Assembly: GCA_008632985.1 (NCBI GenBank)
Contig: QPGO01000173.1
Coordinates: 1 to 64,000, forward strand
DNA length: 64,000 bases
Direction: 5' to 3'
Source: Psammoneis japonica
Taxonomy: Eukaryota
The notes under the pieces were generated by a model that ran no database searches, was not told where the DNA came from, and saw only the letters and a list, made by a program, of their open reading frames with translations. Each line of letters opens with the position of its first letter. The stretch's first letter is position 1. Shown piece by piece: positions 38,148 through 50,130 of the stretch. The position numbers were made by a program, and so were the translations under genes.

Positions 38148-39145
38148 ATCCCAAAACTTGCCATTTGCGGGAATGTGGCAGCAATTCACGCTGTACATTT
38201 AGCCAGGCCGTTCACCAACATGCCATTGTGTTGAAAACGCAGGCTCTTGCGCATTTGAACATTGTTCTTGAATCGCCGAGGTGCTTGTTTAGTGCCTGCT
38301 GCGTGGCAACCAAGGCAGAACAGAAATTGAGCAACATGAAAAAGGCATGCAAAAATGTCACTCCGGTTGAACATCAACAGAGTGATTCACAGTGCTCACC
38401 CACGAGTCTGAACAAACGTGTGAAGCCATTTCAATGGCCATTCAAGCAAATCATCGTTCACACCATCAACTCATCCGACTCAGTCTCACTTTTTGTGCCG
38501 CAATGACGTGACAAACTCATGTGTCGGTAGAGCGGCTTCAAGATGACGGTTGTCAACGCAACAAAATCGTCAATTCCTCATTCAATGTGCATGTGATCGT
38601 TATGAGTTGTATCCGTGGCCAAAACAATTGTGTTGGATGTATGCTCAATGCGTTTTTGACTGCCCCCCCAACTCCAGATTTGACCCTGACACGTGCAACC
38701 CAAAACGGCATGCCAGGGTCCGAAAATCAAACCTGCTGAAACAACATCACGGCAAAAGCAACGTGATAGCACCAACAATAGATTAGAAATGCCAAACGTA
38801 TGAACGAATGTTGAAGAGAGGCATCGAGTCCACGACATCAAATCATCTCGCAGAAACATGATCGAGTCACGAGTTCGAGCAGCAAATGTGCTCACCTCGC
38901 GAAACAACATTTTACCCTCCATTTCAACCAAACCAAGATGTAAGCAAGTCCTTTATAAGACGAGTGATCATGTCAATGCAAAAAATGAGTGGAAATTATC
39001 GTAAGACTAGCACAACAGCAGTATCATCAACGATCATCGTGTTTTGTGGTGTTTTAGTGTCCATCTGCGAACACTTTCCTGGTATTGCTTCCACGTGGAT
39101 GTACGCGAGTCCCGTCAGTGTCCATATTTTCTCGCCGGTAGCTTG

Positions 39146-42080
39146 CCATAAATGTTCTTGAACATTTAACGTGACGTCATGTTCGAAACAACGAAGACAT
39201 CAAAAAATAATGAGAACCGAGGATAGAGAGATCAGTCTCACCGCACGCAGACCGCAGCGAATCATCGCAAGACACAATGAAAAACAAAAGAACTGAACTG
39301 TTGCTGTGAACGAAAAAACAAGAATGTGAGTCATTGCTCAGTCGAGGCTGCTATGATCCACGGAAAAAAAGTCCCATCGCTGATGCTAGTCGTTACTTTT
39401 AGAAGGTTGTGAATGTTTACGTAGGGCCCTGAGATTGTGGTTGCGTGAACGACGCGTCTCTTTACCAAAATAAAGAGCGCCTTCACAAAACTCGCTGAAA
39501 GCAGCTCAATGTAATTGGGCCCTTTTGTGTGTTCTTTTTCGTTGTTGTTATCGTCACGTGCTCCTTTATGCGTTCGATCCACCGGAGAGGTGATAATGTG
39601 ATGGACGGCGGGGGTTCGGGTTCTTTTTGCCCCCAAATACCCTGTCAAATAACTGTATTGATTCGGTGTTTTGTTGTTCTTTTATCGATCGCAGTTGTCA
39701 TAACGACACTCACGAGACAAAGCGCCTTTCTAAACTTCCGTTGTATTCTGTGTGGGGTGCCCTTTAAAGCGAGGAGCAAGAGAGAAAGCAAAAGAACTCA
39801 TGGTGACGGGCAACAGGGAGAATTTCCGTGTACGCACCATTACAGGGAGCTTAATGGTGCTCCCCACGATCTTGGGTTTTTTTTTACCAAATTGTGGAAA
39901 GCCTAATACAGATGCCTGCGAGATTGCTACTTACAATGATCTCAAGGGTGTTGAGGCCAATGGACTGGACAGAAACTATGTGATGGTCAACGGCATTCAA
40001 GCCACTGACGACAATTTCAAGCCCATAGGCAGTAGTGGTGATCCCTACAGTTATGAGGAATACGATATGCCGTTCACTGGATCGTTTGATGGTGGCGGGC
40101 ATGCTATTCGCGGGTTGTCCATCTTTCTAGGGGAAGATCACGATTGTGACAGCACCGGCTCGGGTTTGTTTGGTGGTGTTACTGGTGACGCCGATATCCG
40201 CAATCTCATCCTCGATGACACCAAAGTTGAATATTGTGGCCACTATCGCAACTATGCCGGATCACTTGCTGGATATGTGGATGGTGGCACGATCCATAAT
40301 GTCACCGCAAGAAATTCACAAGTCGAAGGGGATGTCTATGCTGGTGGGCTTGTTGGACGGGTAGATGGAGGTAATTTCTCCTGCTGCCAGGTTCTTGGTG
40401 GGAAAGTATATGGGGATGCAGCTGGTGGTCTTGCGGGATGGATTAAAAATGTTACCATCAAAGAATGCAGTGTGCAAAACATCTCTCTGAAAGATGGGTA
40501 TGAACCGTGGTATTACAGGTCGTTTGGCGGTTTGGTTGGCCGAGCCGACTTCTCAGTCATCAACAATTGCTTTGTGGCTGGTGATGTCACTGTTTTGAGT
40601 AATTTACCTGTGGGTGGCCTTGTCGGGGAAGCATGGGCGACGAACATATCGAAGAGCTATTTTCTAGGTGATGTGAAAGGAGGTTATACCGCTGGTGGTC
40701 TCGTTGGTATGGCTTACAAATGGTCGATTAAGAGTAGCTTTGCCACAGGTAAGGCCACAATAGAGAAGAGCTTGTATGACGATGATATTTTCATAGGTGG
40801 ATTTATTGGTCGTGACAGCTCCGATGACTACGAGTTGCGACTAGAGGGTAACTACTGCGTATGGACCCTGCAGTTGGTGGCGAGTATGAGGCAGCCGACA
40901 CCGAAGTTAAAGTCGTGGAAAGCAAGGAATTCTTTCGTGATCCCACTAATCTGCCACACTCCGGCTGGGACAGCAACATTTGGGCCCAGCTACACAACAA
41001 TGAATACCCCTATCCAACCCTTCAGTGCCAATCTTCTGGTCAGAGCAACGCTCCCCCAGTTGCCGTTGATTTCCCTTTGTCAGGAAAGATCAAACTGGAC
41101 TCGTGCAAAAAACTTGATGCCACGATCACCTTTCTGAGCCCGGAGCAAGATCAAACTACTAACGTCAAAACTTGGGGAGTCCCCGCTGGAATGACTGCGA
41201 CAAACAAACCTGGAAATGCAGCGACTGTTCGTCTCGAAATGACACCGACGGCGAATGCGCGGTACAAGCTGTTCTTCAAGGCCCAAGACAGCAAGGGAGC
41301 TGTTACCAAGAAGAAGCTACTTGTCATAGTGTCTGGCTGCAAGACGGCAAAGGCACCAAGAATGCGTTGCAAGGAACGAGATAAAAAAGCCATATCGTCT
41401 TCAAAGTGCTATGTTTGGACTACGATTGATGACGGGTCCAAATCTTTTGACTCCAAGCCTGTTGTCTTGACGCAAGTCCCTCCTCCGCCCTACGGCGTCG
41501 GTGTTACGGATGTAACTCTCACAGCTACGGACAGTGAAGGCCGCACAAATTCCTGTACGAGGACTGTAACGGTTCGTCAACCTCGGCGTGGCGTCTGTCC
41601 TGTAAACAAGCCACCAGTTGTGCGCTGCAAAAATAGGGATAAAAGAGCCCGCCCTTCCCCACTTTGCAAGGTGTGGACGACGATTGACTTCGATTCGTAT
41701 GATCCCAACGGTGATACATTGACGCGCGTCCTGGACCCTCCGCCTCCCTATGGCATTGGAAATAGAACAGTGACACTCACAGTCACAGATAGCAAAGGGG
41801 CATCCTCATCGTGCACAAGATATGTCAACGTTCGACCTCCTAGCGATGGTACTTGCTAAACCGGGTGCAAAAACCTATAGAAACCAAGGGAGTCAGCGAC
41901 GTTTAGGAAAGAACAAGACCTGTTCGTATTTGGTCCTTCAGTTTTACCTGTCAACATTTATTTTGCACGGTTTTGACACTTGTTGGATGTAGTCTTGCGT
42001 GAGTTTAGTTCCCATAGTGAACCAAGTAGGTGATGGACCGTTGCAACCTTGCTATAATGACATTAGACAAACCGCGTGAC
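39146..42080 (+). repeat. Segmental duplication, copy 2 of 19910-22943
   Basis: Alignable by eye over the upstream region, CDS and 3' flank. Confidence 0.9.
39800..41859 (+). pseudogene. GLUG/HYR-like protein copy 2 with 1-bp deletion frameshift at ~40860 (pseudogene or consensus error)
   Basis: Copy 1 tgc gtg atg gac vs copy 2 tgc gt- atg gac; ORFs 39752..41137 and 40861..41859 together match copy 1. Confidence 0.75.
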
Positions 42081-43025
42081 ATTTGGAATGTAGAGTGTTT
42101 CGGCCATTCTGGCGGCGTTTGCCGTTGAGCGAGAAGTGCACTCCGTGATACGAGCTAATAGCGAGCCAAAGAAGTACAAAATGCTCTCCGCAACGCTGCT
42201 CCAACAGATGTCTCTTCAAAGTTCTTGTTGATAGAACGGGCCGCTCGGGCGCCGTGTTTGCCACATCACACAGGGCTACCTTTGACCTTTGAAACGCTGG
42301 TTGCACCATGGATTATACACATTCGATATTGGATGTTGCATCATGGGTGGGAAAGGCGATTTATGTACAGCTAAGAAACCATGATTTGAAGGACCACCGA
42401 ACTCGTGTCCATTTCTCCATCTGCGCAAGTCTGACCACGATCCATTGCATGTCGAGGGGTCTATCTCGTTCAACTTTTGTCGAGTCTCGATGGCCTCAAA
42501 CACTCAGAACTAACAATGCAAGCCGCCCATGTTCAACGTACTAGCACCTTATGAAAACCGTGCTCTCACAGGCTTCGTCGCTGATGCAAGTGCGCGGGGC
42601 GACATTGGAACCAATTATTATGCTTCTGCCGTCGATACTATTTTCAATAGCATATCATTCGAGAGGAATATGGTTACAAAAAATAGAGAAAACAGAAAGA
42701 GCCGTAGCAAAAAAGAACAAGCAACAGCATCCATCATTGATCATTGTGTGACGTTTTTCATTTTTGTCAAAAAATGAGAGAAAGCACGACGGCCCGAAAC
42801 AGAATGAGCCCAGTCATACAATATAGGAATATGCAGATGTTTATATAATAGGTATATTTTAAAAAGATACTAAATACTCGAATACATTCATTTTGGTACT
42901 TTTTCTACGCAATACTGACGTAACGTTAGTCGCCGTATCTTTTGGATCTTTCTCAACATTCAACATTTCGCGCAAAAAAAAACTTTGTCACCAAGACGAC
43001 GTTCTTGCTTTCCAATCTGGAAATC

Positions 43026-44059
43026 ATGCTGCGGCAATGCCTCTTCCTTTTGTTTCTCTCTTTGTTTTCCCATTCATCATTAGCCAAGAAGAATGATGAC
43101 GATTTCATTGTTGCGGGGTATCTCCCGAATTATCGTTTTGATGATTACAATACAACAGCCGCCGCTCCATACCTGACGGACATTTTTTTGTTTTCAATTG
43201 AAGCCAACAAGTACGGATTGATTTCCACGTGCTGTTTGGAGGAACGTCATTACAGGGTGGGTGATAGTAGGATTCGTCGGTGGGTCACGGTGGGTGGTGC
43301 GGGACGGAGTCATGGTTTTGCTGCTATTGCAGCGTCTCCCCAAAAGCAAGCAAACTTTCTGCAACGACTCGTTGATTTGTGGTGCGTTGTAATTGTTGTT
43401 GTTGTTTTGATGATATAAAAATCTCAATCTACCATTCATTACTCTCTAGTCTCCAACATGGTTTGGTGGGTGTCGATTTCAATTGGGAACAACCCACGTC
43501 TCAGGCCGAATTTCAAGCGTACATGGCGATGCTGTTGGAAGCGTGCAAACTGCTGCATTCTCAAAAGCTCTTGGTGAGTCTGTCGACGCGATTGCATATA
43601 ATACCCCAACAAGTTGTCGAGGAATTGGATTATGTGCTGGTCAATACCTATCAAATGCCAGGACACGCCTACCATGCGGAATACAGCGTCGTGACGAAGC
43701 ACGTGGAAGAGCATTGGTTGCAAAAAATTCCCAGGCACAAGTTACTTTTGGGTATTCCGGCGTATTCTGCTTTGGGCAGCGACACGAAAACCTACAAGGA
43801 GCTAATGGAGGATGCCATGAAATCCCATCCAAACCGAAATGATTGGGATGATTTTGAAGAATACAAGAGCTACCTGTTTGAGTCTCCTCACTCTGTACGC
43901 AAAAAGGTTGCGTACGCCCAAAGCAAGGGAATGGGTGGTGTCTTTTTTTGGGAACTGGGACAAGATTTGCAAGTCCCCGGTTATTCTGGCGGCATGTTGT
44001 TAGAGGCAGCGTCCCAACAAGCAAACGAACGACGAGAGGACAAAGAGCAGGAATTGTAA
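43026..44059 (+). CDS. Glycoside hydrolase family 18 (chitinase-like); intron 43382-43449
   Basis: Signal peptide; VAGYLP.YR, VTVGG.G, F..IA, GVDFNWE, KLLLGIPAY, ES..SVRKK..YA...GMGGVFFWELGQD; ends EQEL. Confidence 0.88.
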
Positions 44060-44200
44060 CATACGAAATGACAATGAATTGTGAAGGCAAAACTCTACAA
44101 GAGTTATCTCGTAACTGCGGGCAATGGTGCTTGTACAATGTGTAGTACAATAGCTCCCACAAAAACTCAATCATCATTCCTCTCTTTCGCTCGATTGCTC

Positions 44201-45674
44201 TTATTCCGGAACACGGTAATAACGAGATTCGACAAAGGGCATTTTGGTCACCTCAGCCTTTTGCATTTTGTTTCGAATCTTGATTTGAATTTCGGTACCC
44301 GCCTTGGCGGATTTCGTCTCGACATAGCCCATGGCAATTGGCTTTTTCAGACACGGACTAAACGTTCCACTCGTCACTTTTCCAATGAGGGTTTCACCGG
44401 TAGCGTCGTAAATTTCCGCATCACTTCGTGCCGGGGCCTTCATGCCCATGATACCCACGCGTTTTCTAGACACCTTTTTGAATTTACCCTCGGGCGTTAA
44501 AATGTGTTCGGCACCCAAGAAACCACCCTCGGTACGACGGCGGCTGCCGGGACCGCCCATGGTCCAACCAAGCGTGCCTTCGGTGGGTGTCGTAGTTTCA
44601 TCTAGGTCGTTTCCATAGAGACAAAGACCCGCCTCCAATCGGAGCGAATCGCGAGCACCCAAGCCCGTGGGCAAAACGGAGGGATCCTCCAAGAGTTTGG
44701 ATGCAATCGAAACGGCGTGCTCGTGGGGCATGGCAATTTCAAAGCCGTCCTCACCCGTGTAGCCGCAGCTACGGTATAAAAGTGAGAATGATTTGAGCGA
44801 AAGTAGAATTAATTGAGACGGCATCCAAGAAACAAGAAGCATAGAAGCAAAACAAAGTATAAAATCATCATAACGTACCGAGTAATACGACACCCATCAA
44901 TACCATCCAATGTCGTGTTGGTTCCCGTCATGAAGGCCATGTTGACCAAATCAAATCCATCCGGCAAGAGCTTGGCGACAGCCTCCGCCGCACCGGGTCC
45001 TTGCACGGCCAAGAGCTGCATGCTGTCTTCCAAATATTCCATGCACACTTCGCCATCAAAATCCTCCATTTGTTTTCGAAAATGCTCCATGTCGCCAAAT
45101 TTCGTGGCACCGTTCACCACCATGTAAATGTAGTCGCCGGCATTGGTAATGACCGTGTCGTCAATGATTCCGCCCTTTTCGTTTGTCACCAGAGACAAGC
45201 ATCCCGAGCCCTCGCTTAGACCACCAATGTCGCCAACCACGATTTTTTCTAAAAACTTGACGCGGTCCTTGCCGTGCCATTTAATCTGTAAATATAGGAT
45301 GAAAGTATTGGTGTTTAGCTCGGTATCTACAACAATCAGGCATGCAAGTCGCTGCTTGACTACAACAACCAAAAAACACATTTACTCACCTGCCCCATGT
45401 GGGACACGTCAAAAAGAGACGATTTCCCCTCGGAACGACAATGCAAATGCTCCTTCATGACGCCACCGTTTTCACCCTTGTACAAGACGGGCAATTCATA
45501 GCCGGCAAAAGGCACCATGTCACCTCCGAGCTCCTTGTGCAAATCATAGAGCGCCGTTTTCACCAAGGGTTCGTCGGAAGCGGCGGCAGCAGCAAAGGAC
45601 CGCTTAGAATTTGCAACAACGACACGACGTCCCAAGGCGAGACCCGCAGCACGACTTGACGACGAAAACACCAT
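44201..45674 (-). CDS. GCVT: Glycine cleavage system T protein (aminomethyltransferase), mitochondrial; 3 exons
   Basis: KTALYDLH, MVPFAGYELPV.Y, LFDVSHMGQ, GGIIDD, LAVQGP, R.GYTGEDGFEI, GLGARDSLRLEAGLCLYGND, VTSGTFSP.LKKPIAMGYV. Confidence 0.97.
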
Positions 45675-46435
45675 GGTTGCAAAGGAATGATGGATGCGTC
45701 GTTGTGAGAAAAAGTGAGAGCAAAGATTTTTCTGGTACTGAAATCACGTTGAAATCTACGGATACTTTGTATTCGAAGTAAGTACGTCATACCTAACTAC
45801 GTCATCATATCGTCACATCCACGTCATCGACTCTTTGCATTCTGTCTGTTTGATCTGTTTGTCCGCCAAAAATATGATCGTTTTCCCGATTTGAATTTTG
45901 AATTTTGATTTGTGTTGTTTTCCGACCTCCACTTTATTTTCATCTACATGATTGAAGTGTGAATATAATGTACGTCATATTCAACGAATTCAACAGAGAA
46001 CTCCAGAATCACCTTTTAGCCAATCAGATCGTCAAGATTTCGAAAGGTTTCCGTTGACCAGCTGTTCTTTCTTATCATCAACGAATATTCTGTGATTCAA
46101 ACAGGACGTCACGACTGATGGATGCTGTCAACCACGTACCAATCATTTCATGGTATGTTTCTACGTATATTCTACGAGGAAATCTTCGCAAAGGAGGTGG
46201 CGGGCGGCGCGCCGGCATTTTTGCGTGTGCTTTTTCTGCCCGTGCTTTTGCCGCGGTATTTGCATCGGTAAACAAACGTTCTGTTGTTGCGATCCAACAA
46301 TCATCCAACGAATTGTTGGTTCAAACGGGATCGAACAACGAACAAGAGGGTGTCACAACTCTAGAGAGCAATCATATCGTTCGTTCGAAAGCGAGTGCAG
46401 TGCATATAGAAGACGAGACTTTCATCAAGACGGAC

Positions 46436-46759
46436 ATGAAGAAACAGGTCTTTTCTTTGCTTTTGTTCTGCAGCACGGTTACTTCGGGTCAAGCCTTTGT
46501 TGTTGTGTCGACTCATCCGCAGCACACTGACCATGCACTTCGATTGACGCCCGATCAAGCACCTTATCTTGAAGAATGTGCGGCAGATCTCATGAAGGCT
46601 GCTATTGTAGCGCAGGCGGCGGCTCGAGAAGCTCAAAAGGCTGGAGCAGAATCAGAATACTACCCTGTAGTGCCACGCAAGTCTCGAGTGCCGGTGTGGT
46701 GTCAAAAGGTGATCCATAGCATCACACATCATCATGATGGACAGCAGCAGCAGCGTTGA
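46436..46759 (+). CDS. Small hypothetical protein with signal peptide + AF motif (possibly plastid-targeted)
   Basis: MKKQVFSLLLFCSTVTSGQAF.; LRLTPDQA..L resembles the protein at 58235. Confidence 0.6.
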   Translation: MKKQVFSLLLFCSTVTSGQAFVVVSTHPQHTDHALRLTPDQAPYLEECAADLMKAAIVAQAAAREAQKAGAESEYYPVVPRKSRVPVWCQKVIHSITHHHDGQQQQR

Positions 46760-47215
46760 TGTAAACAAGAAAGAAAACAAGCATGTACAATGGAAGCAGC
46801 GCATACGTTACCGAATCAATGCTTGCGCGTCCATTCATCTCTAGGTGTAACGAAACCTATAACTACGTAATCTAGTTCAAGAGTTATATGGTCGAAATAA
46901 TCTATGCTAGCTGGCATATGATCATATCTTTTATATCTAGAGTTAAGCGGCGAGTTGCACACTCTAGTTTTGAAAAGATTACAACTCCATCTAGCTATAC
47001 ACAGACTGCGTGATCTAGACACTCCTCTACGGTATGTTTCAGTGTTAGCGCCATAGTACTGTCTTTTCTCTTTGCTTTACCATCACAGATATGTCAAGCC
47101 TCACATTCTCGAGCACTTAGACGACCTTAGCAGGTACAACAAACAGCTACAGGTACCAACCAGAAAACTAACTACGCAATACAGTAGCTACGAAAATTTA
47201 AGTTGCTATGGGCTA

Positions 47216-48289
47216 TCATGTCTTTTTGTCTTTTCCCCTCACTTCCCCTCCATGAATGGTATAAGTCCCATAATTCTTGTTTGGATCGTACGTTTCCCAT
47301 CGACTGGCTGGAAAAATGTGCTTGTTGCGCTCATACCATTTCCGCTCCACCACTTTACCAGGATGCGATTCATCCTTTTCAATACGTGAATCAATCGGTC
47401 CCACCCGAACATCGTCGTGAACATCAAAATGAAAAAGCGGTCCCGACTTGCCTCGAGCCTTGGTGACAATCAAATCATAAAACGAAACATCAAACGGAAG
47501 AATCAAATCTTCCTTGACATACAAGAGCGCGTCGGCGGCAATGGATTGGAGTTCCTTGAATTCCTTGCACAAATCCTTGCGGACGACTTCGAGAAAGGCG
47601 CCAATCGAATCGCCCTTTTTGCAAATCACCTTGCGGCGATGGCCGGATCCGTCCCAATACGAATAGACAATTTCGAGTTTTTCGTCTCGCATGGCAGCTT
47701 GTTTTTCCGTCCACTCTTTTTGCAGGGCTTGGCGTTGTCGTAGCAAGTCTAATTCGCGTTGCTTATCGGGTAGAAACGATGTGTCTGTGGAGGGATCCTT
47801 GAATACAGCCTTTTGTGTTTCTGTTTCTTCTTGTGTTTCTTCGTCTTCGAGTGTCTCGTCCTCATGAGCAAAACTCAGTGTAGACATGGCCTGACGTTTC
47901 TTCTTCTTTGCTTTTTTCGATAGCTTTTTCTTTTTCTTGGCCTCTTGTTTCAACTCTTGTGCTATGATTTCATTCTCTTCAATAAGATTATCGTCTTGTT
48001 TCTTTTCTTTAGCTTGCGCCGCCTTTTTAAAGTCTTCCGCCGAAACGAGTCCAATCGTTTGAGAGCGAAAGGTTTGTTCGGCTTGTGATAGGGACGAGTT
48101 GCCTGCAAATTTTTCGTGAATGGACTTGGCCGTATTCTGATCGACAATTTGTTTCTTGCGTTGTTCAAACTCTTCTTGCTGCAGTTGTCGTTTCTTTGTA
48201 AGGGATGCCGCACGAGCCCCCGCGACGTTGCCCTCGACCGTGTGAATGCCAGATTCGGGTAAACGAAAATTTGCAGAGAAATCACCCAT
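47216..48289 (-). CDS. XAP5: XAP5/FAM50 family protein (XCT homolog)
   Basis: [91 protein letters not shown]. Confidence 0.96.
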   Translation of the reverse strand: MGDFSANFRLPESGIHTVEGNVAGARAASLTKKRQLQQEEFEQRKKQIVDQNTAKSIHEKFAGNSSLSQAEQTFRSQTIGLVSAEDFKKAAQAKEKKQDDNLIEENEIIAQELKQEAKKKKKLSKKAKKKKRQAMSTLSFAHEDETLEDEETQEETETQKAVFKDPSTDTSFLPDKQRELDLLRQRQALQKEWTEKQAAMRDEKLEIVYSYWDGSGHRRKVICKKGDSIGAFLEVVRKDLCKEFKELQSIAADALLYVKEDLILPFDVSFYDLIVTKARGKSGPLFHFDVHDDVRVGPIDSRIEKDESHPGKVVERKWYERNKHIFPASRWETYDPNKNYGTYTIHGGEVRGKDKKT

Positions 48290-48433
48290 TGTTTCTTTGT
48301 AGATACTGTTGTAAAATTATGATAAGGCGCTAGGGAAGGCTCGAACTGACAGAGGAAGAAAGTATGAAAGGAGGAGCAATGAGCAATACAAGTCCAAACC
48401 CAACACAGACAACGCAATTGCGGTTTCCGTATT

Positions 48434-50130
48434 TTAAAATAGAAGATTAAGGAAGCCTATGTAGAGCGGAAGGTAACAGCAGAGGGAGGCACGGAGGTAG
48501 CTGTAGAGACGGTAGAGTAAAAGGGTCGATGGACGCAAGACGAAGGGCGTTTTGTGGAAGGTATGGGTGAGGAGGGGGCAGGGAGAGAGGAGGTGAATCG
48601 GAGGATGTGCGTAGAAAGGTGAAGAACAACGTTGTAGCCAAGAGTTTGGGTGGCCCACTGGGATGGGGTGGCTGTACGGTAGGTGTTTCCAAAGCGATCG
48701 GCGGACAGGCGACGCCATGCGGAGTCAGCAGAGGGAAGGATTGCAGACGGAGATGATAAAGCGTAGAGGAAGGCGGAGTAGGAGGCATCGGAGTGACGAA
48801 GGTCAGAGGAAGAGGACCAGGGTGGCTTGGGCTGAGAGCAGACGGAGGGGGATGTAGAACCAAAGAGCAAGCGGTGGGCAAAGCAGCCGAGACCACCAAG
48901 GTGATCTACAGTGAAGGGGAGCAGAAAGATGCCATTGTTGTCAAGCGAAGAAACAACAAGGGATCCATCGGCAGAGGAAGTGGAGGGGCCAAGAAACTTC
49001 AATCTCGCGCTCGAGTGGTGTGCCTCAGTTAAGATAGGAGAAAAGGGGGCAGGCAGACCTGGAGGAGGGCGAGAGGAAGCTTGAGGGACGGTGACGTCCA
49101 CTGCAATGTAGTGATGGCGGGAGGGAGCGGAAAGGGAGGCGGGAGGGGGGATTGAAATGCCGACATCGGCAGGACGGAGAAGCGGGCGGGTGGGGAGTAG
49201 GTTGGTGGGTTCAAGATGAACGTCATTGGGGGATCGACAGAACTCTGCAAGAGGACCCAAAGTTTGGGCTAGGATGAAAACAGTGTCACGGAGACCATTG
49301 GAAAGCTTGGACTTGTGAGCACGGCGGCAAGAAAAGGCATGATCACCATGGGCATCCAGAATGGCATGGCCACAGGGACAGGGAGTGTTGACAAGGGACG
49401 GAGGAAGGATGGGGAGACGAAGCTTACGAAGGGCGGCAACAGCGCAGGCGTCCGAAGAAAGGCGGGAGCTTGGAAAGCGACGAGAAAAGGAATGAAGAGG
49501 GAGGCTTGTAAGCGGAGACAGCAATGAAGGGAGTGAAGATTGCACGTCGTAAGATGAGTTAGCAAGGATGGAGGTCACTGCTTGTTGCTGATGTTCATGG
49601 TAGAGACGACAGGCCAGGCCGGGGAGAGTGGCCGATTTAACCAGGGCAGCCAAGGAAGAAGAGGAAAGGGTAGAGGCGGAAGCCAGAACGGGAGCACAAC
49701 GGTGGAAGAGCGCATGGAGTCGCAGGGAAGAGCGAGGGTTGGACCAGGAAGACAGGGAGAGCCGAAAGCAGCGCGGAAGGGAAACAGAAGCGCCAGATGG
49801 CAGGCTGACACCGTGCGAAGCAAAGCGGAACGAGCGGAGAAGCGACACCAAGAAGGAAGGAATGGCGGTGGCTGTTGGGTCCCGGAGACCGAACCCGCCT
49901 AAGGAGGCAGGAAGGAAGGCGATGGCAATGGAGTGGTCGGGAAAAGGAGCGGCGAAGGAAGTGACGCAGTGTAGAAAGTGGCGAGTGACGGTGAGGAGGA
50001 AATCTTGAAACGGAGAGGTCCAGAGAAAGGGGTCGGGAGGATCATCGGGGTCGAAGTTGCAGTAGAAGTCAGCTCCAAGGAGGTGAGCAGAGGATGGAAC
50101 AAAACAGTGCTTGAAGAGTTGAGCCTGGGT
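48434..50130 (-). mobile_element. 5'-truncated non-LTR retrotransposon with restriction-like endonuclease (CRE/R2-like clade)
   Basis: Frame is open upstream of 49851 with RT thumb motif LPASLGGFGLRD; CPCG..LD.HGDHAFSC zinc knuckle; RPADV...AVDVTV (PD-D/ExK RLE); FLLPFTVDHLGGLG. Confidence 0.8.

Larger units (their letters stand above)
23000..38760. mobile_element. Large nested decayed transposon island 2 (TpA-depleted)
   Basis: Contains a Penelope-like RT, a pogo-like DDE ORF and internal direct repeats; TA nearly absent. Confidence 0.85.

Noticed and set aside
34330..38760. Terminal inverted repeats for the pogo-like element
   Set aside because: No matching inverted termini found by eye.
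42090..42780. Short ORFs downstream of GLUG copy 2
   Set aside because: No recognisable motif or consistent frame.
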